A stretch of 64,000 bases of DNA from Mytilus trossulus (Eukaryota): the NCBI RefSeq assembly GCF_036588685.1, contig NC_086385.1, positions 12,214,001 to 12,278,000 on the forward strand, written 5' to 3'. The notes under the pieces are model-generated. The model had not been told where the DNA came from, made no database searches, and worked only from the letters and a program-made list of their open reading frames with translations. Position numbers and translations under genes: made by a program. Below are positions 12,450 to 25,469 of this stretch, one piece after another (position 1 is the stretch's first letter; each line of letters opens with the position of its first letter).

Positions 12450-13745
12450 CCTCGTTTGTACGGGAATTTAGGAACTGTTCTTGGAAAACTGTAATTATAT
12501 ACACAGTCTTAAACGAACACAATTTCGTAATGTGGCCCGATACATCGGATAAATTCGCATGTACGAAAGAAGCTTATGACGGGTTTTTTTCCAACAAGTA
12601 AAACAAGTTGGCATTCTTGTTAGAAAGAATAACCGAAGTGAAACTTTTTACCGGACGAAAGAAGAAATTTTTAAATATATTAATGAACAATCATGTATGT
12701 TCGATTTCAAAATATTAGTGGCTGGATTCATAACAATTTGGAAAACAACATTTTGACAAACGTCAAAATCATTCAATCGAGTAGTGGAATCAACTATTTT
12801 TGTATTGTTATAAATTCTATATTTAACTTTTGGACTAGTTTAAATCTCGGTCTATTTCTGAAATTTATTCTTACATACTTTTTATTTTTTTTAACCCTGT
12901 ATGCTAACATTGCCTATGTAAATTTTAAAATTGTTTGTACACACATTGAACGACAAATTTATGTGACGTATTAAAAAATTTCTGACGTCAGACACTCATA
13001 TCAATCAATATATTCGTAGATAGAAGATGTTTTTGTGTATTGTGAAATTGTTCCTTTTAAAATTGTTATACGATGATGACTGATGTACCCATATTTTGAC
13101 TATTCTATTGTTTATTTAACGCATCAATGTAAATATAATGGAATTTGATAAGACTGTCATTAAAGTGAGAGGGTTAGCGCTATAGAACCAGGTTTAATTC
13201 ACCATTTTCTACATTTGAAAATGCCTGTACCAAGTCAGGAATATGACAGTTCTTGTCCATTCGTTTTTGATGCGTTTTGTTATTTGATTTTGCCATGTGA
13301 TTATGGACTTTCCGAATTGATTTTCCTCTAAATTCCGTATTTTTGTGATTTTACTTTTTACGTGGAAATATATTATACAACCTTGGCTAGCATGTGCCAG
13401 ACAGAACATTGTATGTCTCATTTCGACCCCGTGTTAGTCATGTATTGTGATCCAAAGAAGGAACAGGTTCGATCAGGCGGTTTTAAGTATGATTCTACAG
13501 TGACTGTTCAATGTCATTATGATAAAGTGACCTTGAACCGTCTACCGGAAGTTCACCAAATTGACAGATCTCAACGTTATTTCATAAAAGGGAGCTAATT
13601 CTTAAAAAATATCAAGTGAACGCTTTAATCAATAAAAATAGATTAAGCTTATCTATGAATTTTGATACAGTGGTCTTAAACCGTCTACCGAAAGTTCACC
13701 AACGTGATAGATAGATCTCAACGTTATTTTATTAAAGGGGTATAA
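12450..13745 (+). pseudogene. 5'-truncated DUF1647 pseudogene (duplicate of ~4348-4916)
   Basis: Direct alignment with the intact gene; frameshifting indels near 12590, deletions near 12643 and 13464, TE insertion 12755-13357, tandemly duplicated 3' end (13670-13745). Confidence 0.9.
12755..13357 (+). mobile_element. Non-autonomous repeat inserted in a T-run of the DUF1647 pseudogene
   Basis: Intact gene reads CATCATTTACGTGG; here CAACATTT[insert]TACGTGG. A partial reverse copy lies at ~9886-10155 (C1qDC intron 1). Confidence 0.75.
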
Positions 13746-15350
13746 CCCTAATAATCCAGTCGTTATATTACGATCACTACGATCAATCCATTAGTGGATA
13801 GAGGGCGCTGTATTGTTTGAGTTATAAAAAGGGTACAGCTAGAACATGTAAGGGAGCATTCCGACCGTGCGAGGGCTGAAAAGCCAGTCAAGGTCGTTAA
13901 ACACTTCCATATATGTAAGTGAGCTCTTTTAAAAATTAAAATGAACGCTTAAATCAACTGATATAAGTAAAAAGAAATCAAGTTTCTCTATGAGCAATGT
14001 TAGTGTTTGTTTAAACTGACATATACCCAATGAAATTATTCAAGTGAATTGTGTGGTTTAATTTTTTTTTAAAGTTATATTGTCAACATCTTCTGAAAAT
14101 TAAACCAGCCAAATTTATTTTTGTCATATTTTGAGCACCCACTTTAATTAATCTACCTATTAAGATGCAGCACAAATAATTAGGACCCAGTAAGAGAAAC
14201 CATTCCTATTTAATCAAAATAGTTCACCGAATAACATTCGTCACAACTCGGCCGATTCCGTACTATGCGGATACACCCGATGATTGCCGATTGCACTGAA
14301 TAGGTGAAACTGTCAAAAAATAATTCTGAAATTGATTCATTTTTATATGATTTCTTTGTTATACTTTCCAAAAGTTAGGTTGCTATAAATATCAGAAGAT
14401 GTGGTATGAGCGCAAATGAGAAGTGAACCATTATAGATCAAAAAACAGTCTTCGACACTTCAATGCGGAGCCTTTGCTCACAACGAACAGCACCTGGCTC
14501 ACACCAAACAACATCTGGCTCACACAGAACAACATCTTTTAACGGGCCCCACAAATGACACGGGTAAAACCACTCAGACGGGAAAACCATTGCAACGGTT
14601 TAATCTATATAAAAAACGATAAGCGATATACACCTATAAACCACATCAACATTCGACAACTACTGAACATCATATTCCTGACTTAAAACATGTGTAAACA
14701 AAAGCAGTGGGTTTGAACGAATGGGTACCAACCTTCACCCTTATCTGAATCAATAGTGTAACATCACAACATAAAAAAGACACATGGTTTACGTTTGTTG
14801 AAGATACTTTGAAAGCGGTACATTATAGATACTCAAAACTGCTATAAAAATATACAAAAAAAAGTTAATTATACCTATTATACAAAAGTTTGAGGCAAAA
14901 TTTAGAAAATCGAAAAAGACTATTAGCCTATCTTGTAATGCATTGGAGGATGGAGCTAATTCTATGTTTTACTGTAAACAAAACTTAACTTAGAGATATT
15001 TGAATAAATGTAGTTATTTGCCCGATTTTATTTCCTGGTAGGACAATGAGAAAATCAGACATCTAATTTTTTTTTGCACGTTAACCTCAAAGAAGTAAAA
15101 GGCTTTTTCAATTGAAATTTTAATACTGTTTGTTTTTCTATGTTGTGATGTTACACAATTGTGTCAAGTTGAATAAAGGTTAGCGTCTTTTACAACGTAC
15201 AAACCCGCTGATTTTGTTTGCGGCTGTCCTACGTCAATGGTTTACCTTTACAAAGTGTGACTTTGGTGGATAGTTGTCTCATTCGCAATCATACCACATC
15301 TTCTTGTGTGTATTATGGTATGTTTTTAAACAGACTTTAGAGCTGAGGAC
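13746..15350 (+). repeat. Paralogous 3' flank of the DUF1647 segmental duplication
   Basis: Colinear similarity to ~4917-6920 (e.g. CCTAATAATCCAGTCGTTATATTACGATCA, CATTGGAGGATG, AGAGCTGA). Confidence 0.8.
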
Positions 15351-16788
15351 ATGACACTATTTATTTATCTATCTTAGATATACAATAGACTGTTAAGCCT
15401 CTTTCTTATACACGTTTTATGTGATATGTTTTATTATGGATATAAATCAAAGTAAATGGGGGTGGGGGTGGGGGGGAGTGGCATTATGTGTTTTAGCTAT
15501 ATCACAGAACATCAAAGTCCTGACGTAATATTTACTCAAATGTACCATATATCTGATGGATTGTGAATATATGGCATACATAGCATAGATCCAAATTGAA
15601 TATATAAAAAAGAAGATATGGTATGATTGCCAATGAGACAACTATCCACAAAAGACCAAAATGACACAGATATTAACAACTGTAGGTCACCGTACGGCCT
15701 TCAGCAATGAGCAAAGCCCATACCGCATAGTCAGCTATAAAAGGCCCCGATAAGATAATGTAAAACAATTCAAACGAGAAAACTAACGGCCTTTTTTATG
15801 TAAAAAAATCAACGACAAACAAATATGTAACACATAAACAAACGACAACAACAGAATTGCAGGCTCCTGACTTGGGACAGGCACATACATAAATAATGTG
15901 GCGGGGTTAAACATGTTAGCGGGATCCCAACCCTCCCCGTCATCTGGGACAGTGGTATAACAGTACAACATTAGAACGAACTATAAAAATCAGTTGAAAA
16001 AGACTTAACTCATGAGATGGACAAAAATACAAACACTGGTTTAAGGTTTCATTGATGACGATCAAATACATGGTCATTAACTTTGTTTTTGTGGCCTGAA
16101 GATTTAAACAGTTTTGTCTATTCATTATGTCTTCATAATTGCATTCTTTTATTGTTTCATAAAAAATCGCTGTCTTTGTGGCTCTTTGGTGAAGGTCAAA
16201 GTTGACCTATACTGACTTGCGGACTTAGATCTATACATGTATATGGCAATATTAATTATGTGAAAGGGTCTGGAGTGGTGTTTAAAAATGACACTTTTTT
16301 TTCACATATATAATATTGCCAAAATTTAATATTTTCTAGAGACCACACCGTGTCATTTTTATTTATCACCATTGTCATATATCTTTAAAATTACGGTATA
16401 ATTAATATTAAATAAAAAAGTCTACATTGAAAACAACGTTCAAACCTATGAATGCGTTGAATAAAAACCTCTTTTTTATACGTGTGCTTGTAAGACAAAT
16501 TTCGTTGTAGAGGTGTTTAAATACAGCATAAACAACATTTTCCAAATGACCAAAAATAGTGAAAAAGTATATTTTAACAAAACGACTACCAACAACAGCG
16601 TTATCGTTCGGGTCATACTTCCCTTGCATCCGCGAAATCCACGAAAATTGGTTTCCAACGAATAATAGTGAATAGAGAGTAGTTGCGTTTGATGTCTGTT
16701 TACGGGGGTTTGGTCATTGTTTCCTGATTATAGTGTGATGCATCTACTAATTATGTCTACTTGGGTTGCCCACCCAATTTTGTCAATA

Positions 16789-16965
16789 CAGTGAAACCTG
16801 TTTAAACCGAACCTCTTTGGAACTTAAAATTTTGTTGGATTTTGGCCAATGTTTGGTTTTATCAGGTTCATAACGCATACACATTGATATGTCGGTGCAT
16901 AAGGACATGTTTGGTTTATTCAGGTTTTCGTTTTATGCAGCATTCGGTTTAACAAGGTTTCACTG
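16789..16965. mobile_element. Tc1/mariner(pogo)-type MITE, copy 2
   Basis: TA|CAGTGAAACCTG ... AGGTTTCACTG|TA; same family as 6949-7123. Confidence 0.8.
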
Positions 16966-17038
16966 TATAACGAAACTATAAACAATTTTTAAGTTTTAAG
17001 GCTGAAAACTATACTTGTGTATTGTGGTTTTCTAGATA

Positions 17039-17815
17039 GACAAGACAAGACAAGACAAGACAAATACTTTATTAAAGTCTCACCACTTGTTTCATATAAA
17101 ATATACAGCTTTTTAAAACACAAATAAACAACAAGAGCCACTCTATAAAGAGTTATGAGAGACTATAAAACATTTTTTTTTAAATTATAAAACAAATACA
17201 ACTTAAGTCAACTATCACGAATATAAAATACATTTTCTCTTTATTAAAATTTCATAGCAGATTTTGGCAGTATGAAATACCATATTTTCATTTGTAAAAA
17301 GAAATATAAATTTCTCATTATCAGACATATGTAAAAAATTCTCATCAACAATACTAGCATGGTTAAAAATAACATTACGAATCTCTGAATATACAGGACA
17401 GTTTAACAAAACATGTTTTTCATCTTCAACGTCATCAGTATAGTGTAGTTAAAACATAATCTATTTTCAATATCAATATTCTCATAACGACCAGTTTCAA
17501 TTCTGATGGGTGCTACACCGCATCTAAATTTTGCTAAAGCACTCCTGTATCTACCTGGTATATTAAAAATTAAATAATTTTCTACGCCATATACATTTTT
17601 AAACATTCTATATGTACGTAATTTATTTTTATCATCTGACATAATCTTGTCATACCATTCTCCCTTAAATTTTTTAAAACATACATTTTCAATAGTCTTA
17701 ATTAAATCCTTGTTCAAAATAGCACCATTGCACAAATATTCCATATCAAGTTCTTTAAACTTATTTTTTACTCTAAAATGCCAATTTTTTACTTTTTTAC
17801 ATGCGTTACCCCATA
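17039..17815 (-). mobile_element. 5'-truncated non-LTR retrotransposon 3' end (RTE-X-like ORF2 C-terminus), frameshifted
   Basis: KLRTYRMFK...YL...RSALAKFRCGVAPIRIETGRY...RLC...EDEKHVLLNCPVYSEIR (C-terminal zinc-binding region); AATAAA followed by a (TCTTG)n tail; candidate TSD TAGATA (17033-17038, 17816-17821). Confidence 0.8.
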
Positions 17816-19157
17816 TAGATATTAGAAAGTTAATGCTTTTACCTCTCATGTTCTTTTTTGGCAAAGGTTTCCGGGGGGAAAATCAAAATAATTGTAAGCA
17901 CTAAAACGTAAATTTGCTTCAATTCATCATTTGGAAAAAAAATATTATTGCATTGAATAAAGCATTAATAAACAACAATTCTGGACAATGAGAGATAACT
18001 CCATTTTTTTAAAGATTACTTTATAAATAATGACATCATTTATTTCTTTAGAACAGATATCAGATTCCTACACCCTGCAAAAGTTATGTAAATTTCTTGA
18101 CAGGTGTAGCATTATTTTGTGAATATCTGAGCATGTATTACATTGAAAATGTTTATGGATATGATTTATAGAATGTTATGATAAATGCGCTTTATTTTGT
18201 GTATCATACAATCTTTACCCCCAAAATACAAACTCTTGTCTCATGCTGTTACACCACTGTACAAAGGTTAAGAGGAAGGTTGAGTCACACAAACATATTT
18301 GACCCTGTCACTTTTCTTATTTCGCTGTCCGAAGTCGGGAGTCTGTAATTCAGTTGTTGCTTTTTGGTTGCTGTCAGTGTCTGTTATAAATGTTTGCTAT
18401 TTTATCACAGTTTTATGGTATGAGTGGCCGTTCGTATCATTTGCGCGATATTCTAACGCGTTAGTAAAAACTAACGCGTTATTTTACTAACGCGTTAGTT
18501 TGATAAAATAGCGCCTTATTTTCATAAAATAACGCGTTATTTTTTCATTTTAACGCGTTATTATTCAAAACTATCGCGATATTTCATTTTTGCTTAAAAT
18601 TTTACTTTAAAATGTTATCAAACTAACGCGTTAGTTTTCACTATTAACGCGATATTTATGAAAACCATAGCGATAATACGGAAATAAGCATCATCCAATG
18701 AGAGATTTTGTTACGTCTATGTTTTGGAATTAATGCAAAAAGGCTGGAATCCACGGAGACCGAGATAGGTTTTTACAAAGAATTAAAGAGACAGTCGATT
18801 ATTGCTTTAGATTGGGATAATCAGATATTTTAGAGACAGACAATTTAACCAACATTAACTTCAGGTCAAAATTTGAATAATTTTAATTGATTTCATCGAA
18901 AATACAATAGTTTCAGGTGTAAAATCCCTTCGTCCGGCAGTGCATTCGGCTCAGTGGGTGGTGGTTAGGGTCTGCTAACAGTTAAATAATAGTGCTGTGC
19001 AACATGTTCCAGTCTTTCCCTTCGTGTTCTCATACAGAATACTTTATTTCCCTTCATGTTTTCATACAGAATCAATCTGATTACATTAAGTTCACATCAC
19101 TTGCTCGGCGACATATATAAAATATCGAGGAGCAAGTGATGTGAACTATAATCTTAA

Positions 19158-19552
19158 GGATGTACTTAGGTGAAATATTTTTTTTTTATAGAAAATCTAC
19201 GATTAAAAATTGATCAAAAGAGCATTAGTTAAGGAACAAAATAAGCAAAAAATATTGATAGGTAATGGAACTCGTTTTTAAGATATTTGATGTTTAAAAA
19301 ATGGCGGAAAAAAGCTTTCTCTGACTTTTACCTTAAATTTAGCATTGATATCATTTGGGTCTCAAATCGTTAAAAAAGAAAATCTACAGTAGGCTTAAAT
19401 TTTGTAAATGACATTTTATAAGTTATTGAAAGATTTCTTTGAAAAGAAAAGGGGTTGTTATGGGGCAAACTATTTAATCTTGTATCTAAGGAAAAAAACC
19501 AAGGAGTTCGAACATTTGACCAAAATTACCAAAACCTCACCTAAGTACATCC
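19158..19552. mobile_element. Kolobok-type MITE nested in the IS3EU-like element
   Basis: 16-bp TIR GGATGTACTTAGGTGA / TCACCTAAGTACATCC, flanked by TTAA/TTTA. Confidence 0.7.
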
Positions 19553-19931
19553 TTTAGTTCATAAAGAGCAGCAACGATAGTGAAAAGTCGGCCGATATCC
19601 ATTTGCGCCAAAAAAAACAACTCATTTGCGCCATAACATACTAAATAATTGCGCCAATACCTCTTTTGCGCCACTATACATTTTGAAAACTGTAGGAATC
19701 ATTTGCGCCAATAAAATGAGCATGCAATTGTGCCAATTTTATAGATTAATTTACATTTATTTGATATATTTTTATAGTGTTAGAATGTTGTAAATATTTA
19801 AAGATTTTTCGCTTTAAATCTTAGATAACATTGAATTTATAATTTTGGATGGTCGCTCACTTTTCATATCTGTAGCTTTTCTTACATGCAGGTATTTAAA
19901 TTCGTCTTTTTCTATAGCTTCTGTGCATTTC

Positions 19932-20295
19932 GACCGCCTCGGCGGTGTAATGGTTAGCGTGCTCGCCACGAGTGCGGTAGGCCGTGGGTTCGACCATCGG
20001 CCGAGTCAAACCAAAGACATGGAAATTGTTTTTGCTGCTTCTCTGCCAAGCACGCGCATTAAGGAGTTAGAGCAAAGACTGGTCGGCCCGGAGTCAGAAT
20101 AATGTGTCCGGGTAAGATGACATGTCTTCCTGCGAACTGTTACCTTGTGAGCTAGATCGTTACAAATCCGGCTCAGCGTGTCGGTCTAGTACAAAGCAGG
20201 GTAAATATTCATATATCATTATCATGTCATTGTTCTCATCCTGAATATGCAAATAACTTGCCACTGGACGTTAAACATCCATCCATCCATCCATC
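19932..20295 (+). mobile_element. tRNA-derived SINE (central domain resembles the Meta/MESC domain of mollusc SINEs)
   Basis: A box GGTGTAATGGTTAGC, B box GGTTCGACC, central TGCTGCTTCTCTGCCAAGCACGCGCATTAAGGAG, 3' TTGCCACTGGACGTTAAA plus (CATC)n tail. Confidence 0.85.
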
Positions 20296-22223
20296 GAAAT
20301 AATTCACCACTCAATATGTCTGAACACGATTCATCAGTAAATAACCCTACTAAACTTGATGTCACTGTTCATCCCCATATTTTCCCTCAAAACAACAAAT
20401 AATTAAGGTGCGGTGCACATTTTACATGTGTATAGAAAGAAATTGGTTAGAAACACTATGAACACTTCAAAAATGTCAAGTTCGAGATTTCACAAAAAGG
20501 TGACCTCTTTTTGTGACGGTAACACGAACAGCTAGACCGACAGATATATACCGTTCTCATCTATTACCCCTAACCAATAACTATGTTTGCTCCTTGTCAA
20601 GGTTCATCCTGAGATTATAGTAATCTCAGATTCGGCTAATAATAATATAGGTGGATTATGTAATGATTTAGTTTTAATGGAAGGGTTCTAGAACCGCGCT
20701 TGTGATTGGTTAACATCATTGTACAAATATCAAAAATTAACGCGTTAATTCCAATAAAATATCGCGATAGATTACATTTGTACAATATACAAAAGTATCG
20801 CGATAGTTTTGTATAATAACGCGTTAAAATGAAGAAATAATGCGTTAGTTTAGCAAAATAACGCGTTAGTTGTACAAAATAACGCGTTAGTTTAACAAAA
20901 TAACGTGTTAGTTTTTACTAACGCGTTAGAATATCGCGCAAATGACACGAACGGCCACTCATATAATGGTTAATCTGACAATAAGTTTTTTTTTACTTTT
21001 AATTTTCACTTTTTGTCATGCCTGTATGTATTTAGCTGACTATACAGAGCTATTAGTCGCATTGTTGAAGGCTGCACGTACGGTATCGCAACATTAGTTG
21101 ATAATAGTTTCATGCCATTTTGTTCGTTGTCTCCTTGACAATCCAACCACAGTTCTTTAATGGTTTCATAGGCGATTTATTTGAAGAAGAAAAACTATTG
21201 AAAGAACGAAAGGACCGATAACTCTGCATAGGAGATTGCTCTCGTCTCAACTCGGCCAATTCCGTACCCTCATCGAACAGATAGAAGGAGAGTGGCAGAT
21301 TCTACCGAGGATTGCCAATTGGGGAGATTCGTGATGGCAATGCAAGAAATCTGTAAAATCTTCCAATATCCATCTACTAACTGTTATAACTGTTACAACA
21401 GTTAAAAGACCTTGTGAGGTCCAGTAGTTATGTCTTATTCTATTATCCCAAATGAACTAATACCAAGACATAGCATTATTGCATTCAACAAACTGTTTAA
21501 TTAAAAAAAGCCAAAGACACTTAGAAACCTCTGCAATTTTATAAGATGTATTAACAGTAAGCTCACTCCTTCTTAACAACCATAATTTATATACCATACT
21601 TATACTTATAAGAAGTATTTCTTTTTACAATTTTAACTTTTACACTTATATATATTCTTTAATATGTTATATCACCCGAAATTTTTGAATTTTATGCATT
21701 TTTAATGCTTTTTTTTTATGTATATTATTTTTCAACTTCTCTGTAACCTTTGTACTTGCATTGTTTTATGAGAATAAACTATCTATCTATTAAAAGTTTG
21801 TAATACAAGTACACCACTATGAAAGATGTCTTTATGTTACTGTATCTTTACAATGATCAAACTCTTTTTTCTTTAAGTTAAGAAATATACCTATAGACTT
21901 TTAAAAACGCAACACTAGATTATACTTTTTATTCAAATTTGTAAAATAAATGTACTAACATAAGTTTCATTCATTCTTCATTGTCTTAAAAAGTGTGCAG
22001 TTCGAAAGTTGAATTGATTACATTATTTTTAATGTTTAAATCACGTGATATGCACTAGAACCCTGCTAATACTAATCTAGACATTATTGGTGCTACACCT
22101 CCTGAGCACCTGTGATCCCTCCGTTTTGGGGCATGAACAAATAACGCAAAAAAATATGTGTGTATAGTTGGCTGATTGCTGGATAAAACATAACAAAATG
22201 TGTATATCTTATTTTAACTTGAA

Positions 22224-22490
22224 TTACGTTTTGTCAACGTCAGCAAATATAGCTTGAAATGTCTGCCCTTGGTCCTCAACATTGCGCATGCTCACATTCT
22301 TAAATCCTACTTTTTCTAATGTTTTCATATACTCTTCGTGATCTGAAGTCTGGCCGTATTTTAAAATATTTTTCTGAGTAATCGCTTTGATAGAATCAAC
22401 TCGTATAGTTGTCACCATCCGCGCACGTGGTTGCATAACTCGGTAAAGTTCACGACACCCAGCCTGTAGATCAGGCCAAAAATAGTAACA
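22224..22490 (-). pseudogene. 3' half of the last coding exon of a class I SAM-dependent methyltransferase (YdaC-like), separated by the Helentron insertion
   Basis: CYYFWPDLQAGCRELYRVMQPRARMV...VDKT-stop continues the frame of 48488-48322 exactly. Confidence 0.9.
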
Positions 22491-23883
22491 ATTAAAGTTC
22501 AATTCTTCTTGAATAATTGATAGGTCTTTCCTTCCATTTTCTTTTAATTATACTGTCATAAATAAAAATATCATATATATTGATTGATTAATTTATTGAT
22601 TAGTTGGTTGATTGGTTTATTAATTAAACACTTGATAAATGGTCTCTTGAAACAAGCGGAAAAAAGAGACCTTGGATTCCGTATTTAACACATGAAACGG
22701 AAACATGCATTAATTAATGAAATAGATTGATTGATTGGTTGGTTAAACACATTGGTTGGTTAAACACGTTGCTTAAACACGTTGGTTAAACATGTTGGTT
22801 AAACACGTTGATTGGTTAAACACGTTGGAAAGGGTCAATTAAATCAGAAAAAAAGAGACCTTAGATCCCGTATTAAACACATGAAACGGAAACATGCATT
22901 GATTGATTAGTTGGTTGGTTAAACACGTTGGTTGGTTAGTTAAACACGTTGGTTAAACATGTTGGTTTAACACATTGGTTAAACACGTTCGTTAAACACG
23001 TTGGTTGGATAGGCTCAATTAAAACAAGCAACAAAAAAACCTTGGATCCCATATGAAACACATGAAACGGAAACATGCATTGATTGATTGGTTGGTTAAA
23101 CACGTTGGTTGGTTAGTTAAACACGTTGGTTAAACACGTTGGTTGGATAGGCTCAATTAAAACAAGCGAGAAAAAAAACTTGGATCCCGTATGAAACACA
23201 TGAAACGGAAACATGCATTGATTGATTGGTTGGTTGGTTAAACACGTTGGTTGGTTAGTTAAACACGTTGGTTAAACACGTTGGTTGGATAGGCTCAATT
23301 AAAACAAGCGAAAAAAAAAACCTTGGATCCCGTATGAAACACATGAAACGGAAACATGCATTGATTGATTGGTTAGTTAAACACGTTGGTTGGTTAGTTA
23401 AACACGTTGGTTAAACATGTTGGTTTAACACGTTGGTTTAACACGTTGGTTAAACACGTTGGTTAAACACGTTGGTTAAACACGTTGGTTGGATAGGCTC
23501 AATTAAAACAAGCGAAAAAAAAACCTTGGATCCCGTATGAAACACATGAAACGGAAACATGCATTGATTGATTGGTTAGTTAAACACGTTGGTTAAACAT
23601 GTTGGTTAAACACGTTAATGAAACACGTTGGTTAAACACGTTGGTTAAACACGTTGGTTGGATAGGCTGAATCAAAACAAGCGAAAAAAAACAACATTGG
23701 ATCCCGTATGAAACACATGAAACGGAAACATGCATTGATTGATTGGTTAAACATGTTGGTTAAACATGTTGGTTAAACACGTTGGTTAAACACGTTGGTT
23801 AAACACGTTGGAAAGTGTCAATTAAAACAAGCGAAAAAAAGAGACCTTGGATCCCGTATTATACACACGAAAGGGAAACTTGC

Positions 23884-23939
<56 letters not shown>

Positions 23940-24727
23940 GGTTGGAATTCAAACACACATACAACTGTTTAAATAGTGCCAAAAAACACACAATTTGATG
24001 ACCTTGACCTTTGACCTTGTGACCTTCGTCAAGGTCATTGCTCCACAAGGTCATTGCAAAAGACCGTATGGGTCAAGGACCTTTTGTTAAAGAGTTTTGC
24101 CTAAAAATGGCTTTTTAAAAACCATCAATGGGAGTTATGTCCCTTACATGATGGTAAAATCAGTATAGTCATAATGTAAAAAAGTTGCCCCTTGTAGTAC
24201 CAATCATTTTTCACTGCTTAATTTTTCTGTATCTATAACCGTTCAATAGTTATAGGGAAATGAAAAACTTTTGAAAATCTAAAATATGACCTTGACCTTT
24301 GACCTTGACCTATATTTTCTAGTTTTGGTCCAATGAACTCAAATCTGAAGACCCGCAGTCTTTATGACTTACGGTTCATGAGATTTATATGCATATCGAA
24401 AATTTAAATATTCAAGGGGAAATAACTCCTATAATAGGTCACTTGATCGCTTCGATTTTAATTATTTGAACTTGTATCATTTGGCAAGGAACATTTTAAA
24501 AAAAAACATTTGCCGCTAAGTCTTATAGTTCATGAGTTATAGCGATAACAGTGTTTTTTGTAATTGGGGAGATAACTCCTATAAAGTAAATAGTACACTT
24601 CGGTGCCCTTAATACAAGATAGCTTTTATTTACCCGATACTTGGTTCTAAAGATTATTTTGATATCTTGCGTACTTTTCTTGGCGATTGACTTTGAAAAC
24701 GGCGGAAGAAAAAGAATAATAATAATA
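22491..24727 (-). mobile_element. Outer non-autonomous Helentron (HINE), main part; its terminal 59 bp lie at 48263-48321
   Basis: Left end ATTAAAGTTCAATTCTTCTTGAATAATTGATAGGTCTTTCC (hairpin plus subTIR), central tandem repeats, 23995-24727 homologous to 47478-48211, breaks off in (AAT)n. Confidence 0.85.
22580..23945. repeat. Higher-order minisatellite inside the outer HINE
   Basis: 13-bp unit TTAAACACGTTGG in variable numbers within ~130-240-bp higher-order units marked by GGATCCCGTATGAAACACATGAAACGGAAACATGCATTGATTG; (GATT)n at 23887-23935. Confidence 0.9.
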
Positions 24728-25469
24728 ATTAAAGTTCAATTCTTCTTGAATAATTGATAGGTCTTTCCTTCCATTTTCTTTTAATTATACTGTCATAAAT
24801 AAACCGTATTCAAACCGAATGTCATTTTGAAAAAGAGGTGGTCCAGCAAATCATTTAAAATTAAATCAGTTTGAATGATACAATCAGTCGAAAAAGGCAC
24901 CAATTCCCGAAATGCAGATGTGTCACAGTTTGACGTCGCGAAAATAACAGTTTAGTTTAAATAATATGTTATTCAGTTTACGTTAGCAACATCATTACCT
25001 CTCCTGTACCTGTATCGTATGCCCTTTATTGACTAATTTTCTTTGTTTTCTTTCTGTCACCTAGTGTCAAATCTGTTTGTCTATATAAATGAAATGTCAT
25101 GCATCTATATATAGTCTATGGCCTCTACGTTGAGCTCTGTCACAGGTCTAGTCATAAAGTTAATTGTAAAACAAAAATACATTGGACATATAGGCTAATA
25201 GATCTCTGATAATTTAATGTACACTCAATATCAAAGATGTCTAGATAGAGGGCTCACGCAAACAAAAACAAACAAAAAATAACTAGAGGACGAGTTGGTT
25301 TTTCTAACATTTGGGCGACTTGTCCTAATATTAGGACGACTTGTCCTAATATATGATGTATGATTAAAGCGCCTAGCTGACTGTGATGTTTATAGCGTTA
25401 CACACGAGGAAGAAGAAATAATATTTAAAAAAGGTAACTTGGTAAGATTCACGAGACCTGAGAATGATT

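Larger units (their letters stand above)
18419..20963. mobile_element. Non-autonomous DNA transposon with long TIRs (IS3EU-like TAY termini, 6-bp TSD)
   Basis: TATGAGTGGCCGTTCGT... / ...ACGAACGGCCACTCATA; >150-bp TIRs made of TAACGCGTTA motifs; TSD TTATGG/TAATGG (one mismatch). Confidence 0.75.

Noticed and set aside
19932-20005. tRNA gene
   Set aside because: It has A/B boxes but no matching acceptor stem, and it continues into a SINE body and (CATC)n tail.
22490-22494. AATTA as a 5-bp TSD of a cut-and-paste transposon
   Set aside because: The inner insertion does not reproduce it; a TT insertion without TSD explains both events and fits Helentron biology.
22580-23945. CRISPR-like repeat/spacer array
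   Set aside because: The intervening segments are copies of the same 13-mer rather than unique spacers; eukaryotic context, no cas genes. The same holds for 52015-52382.
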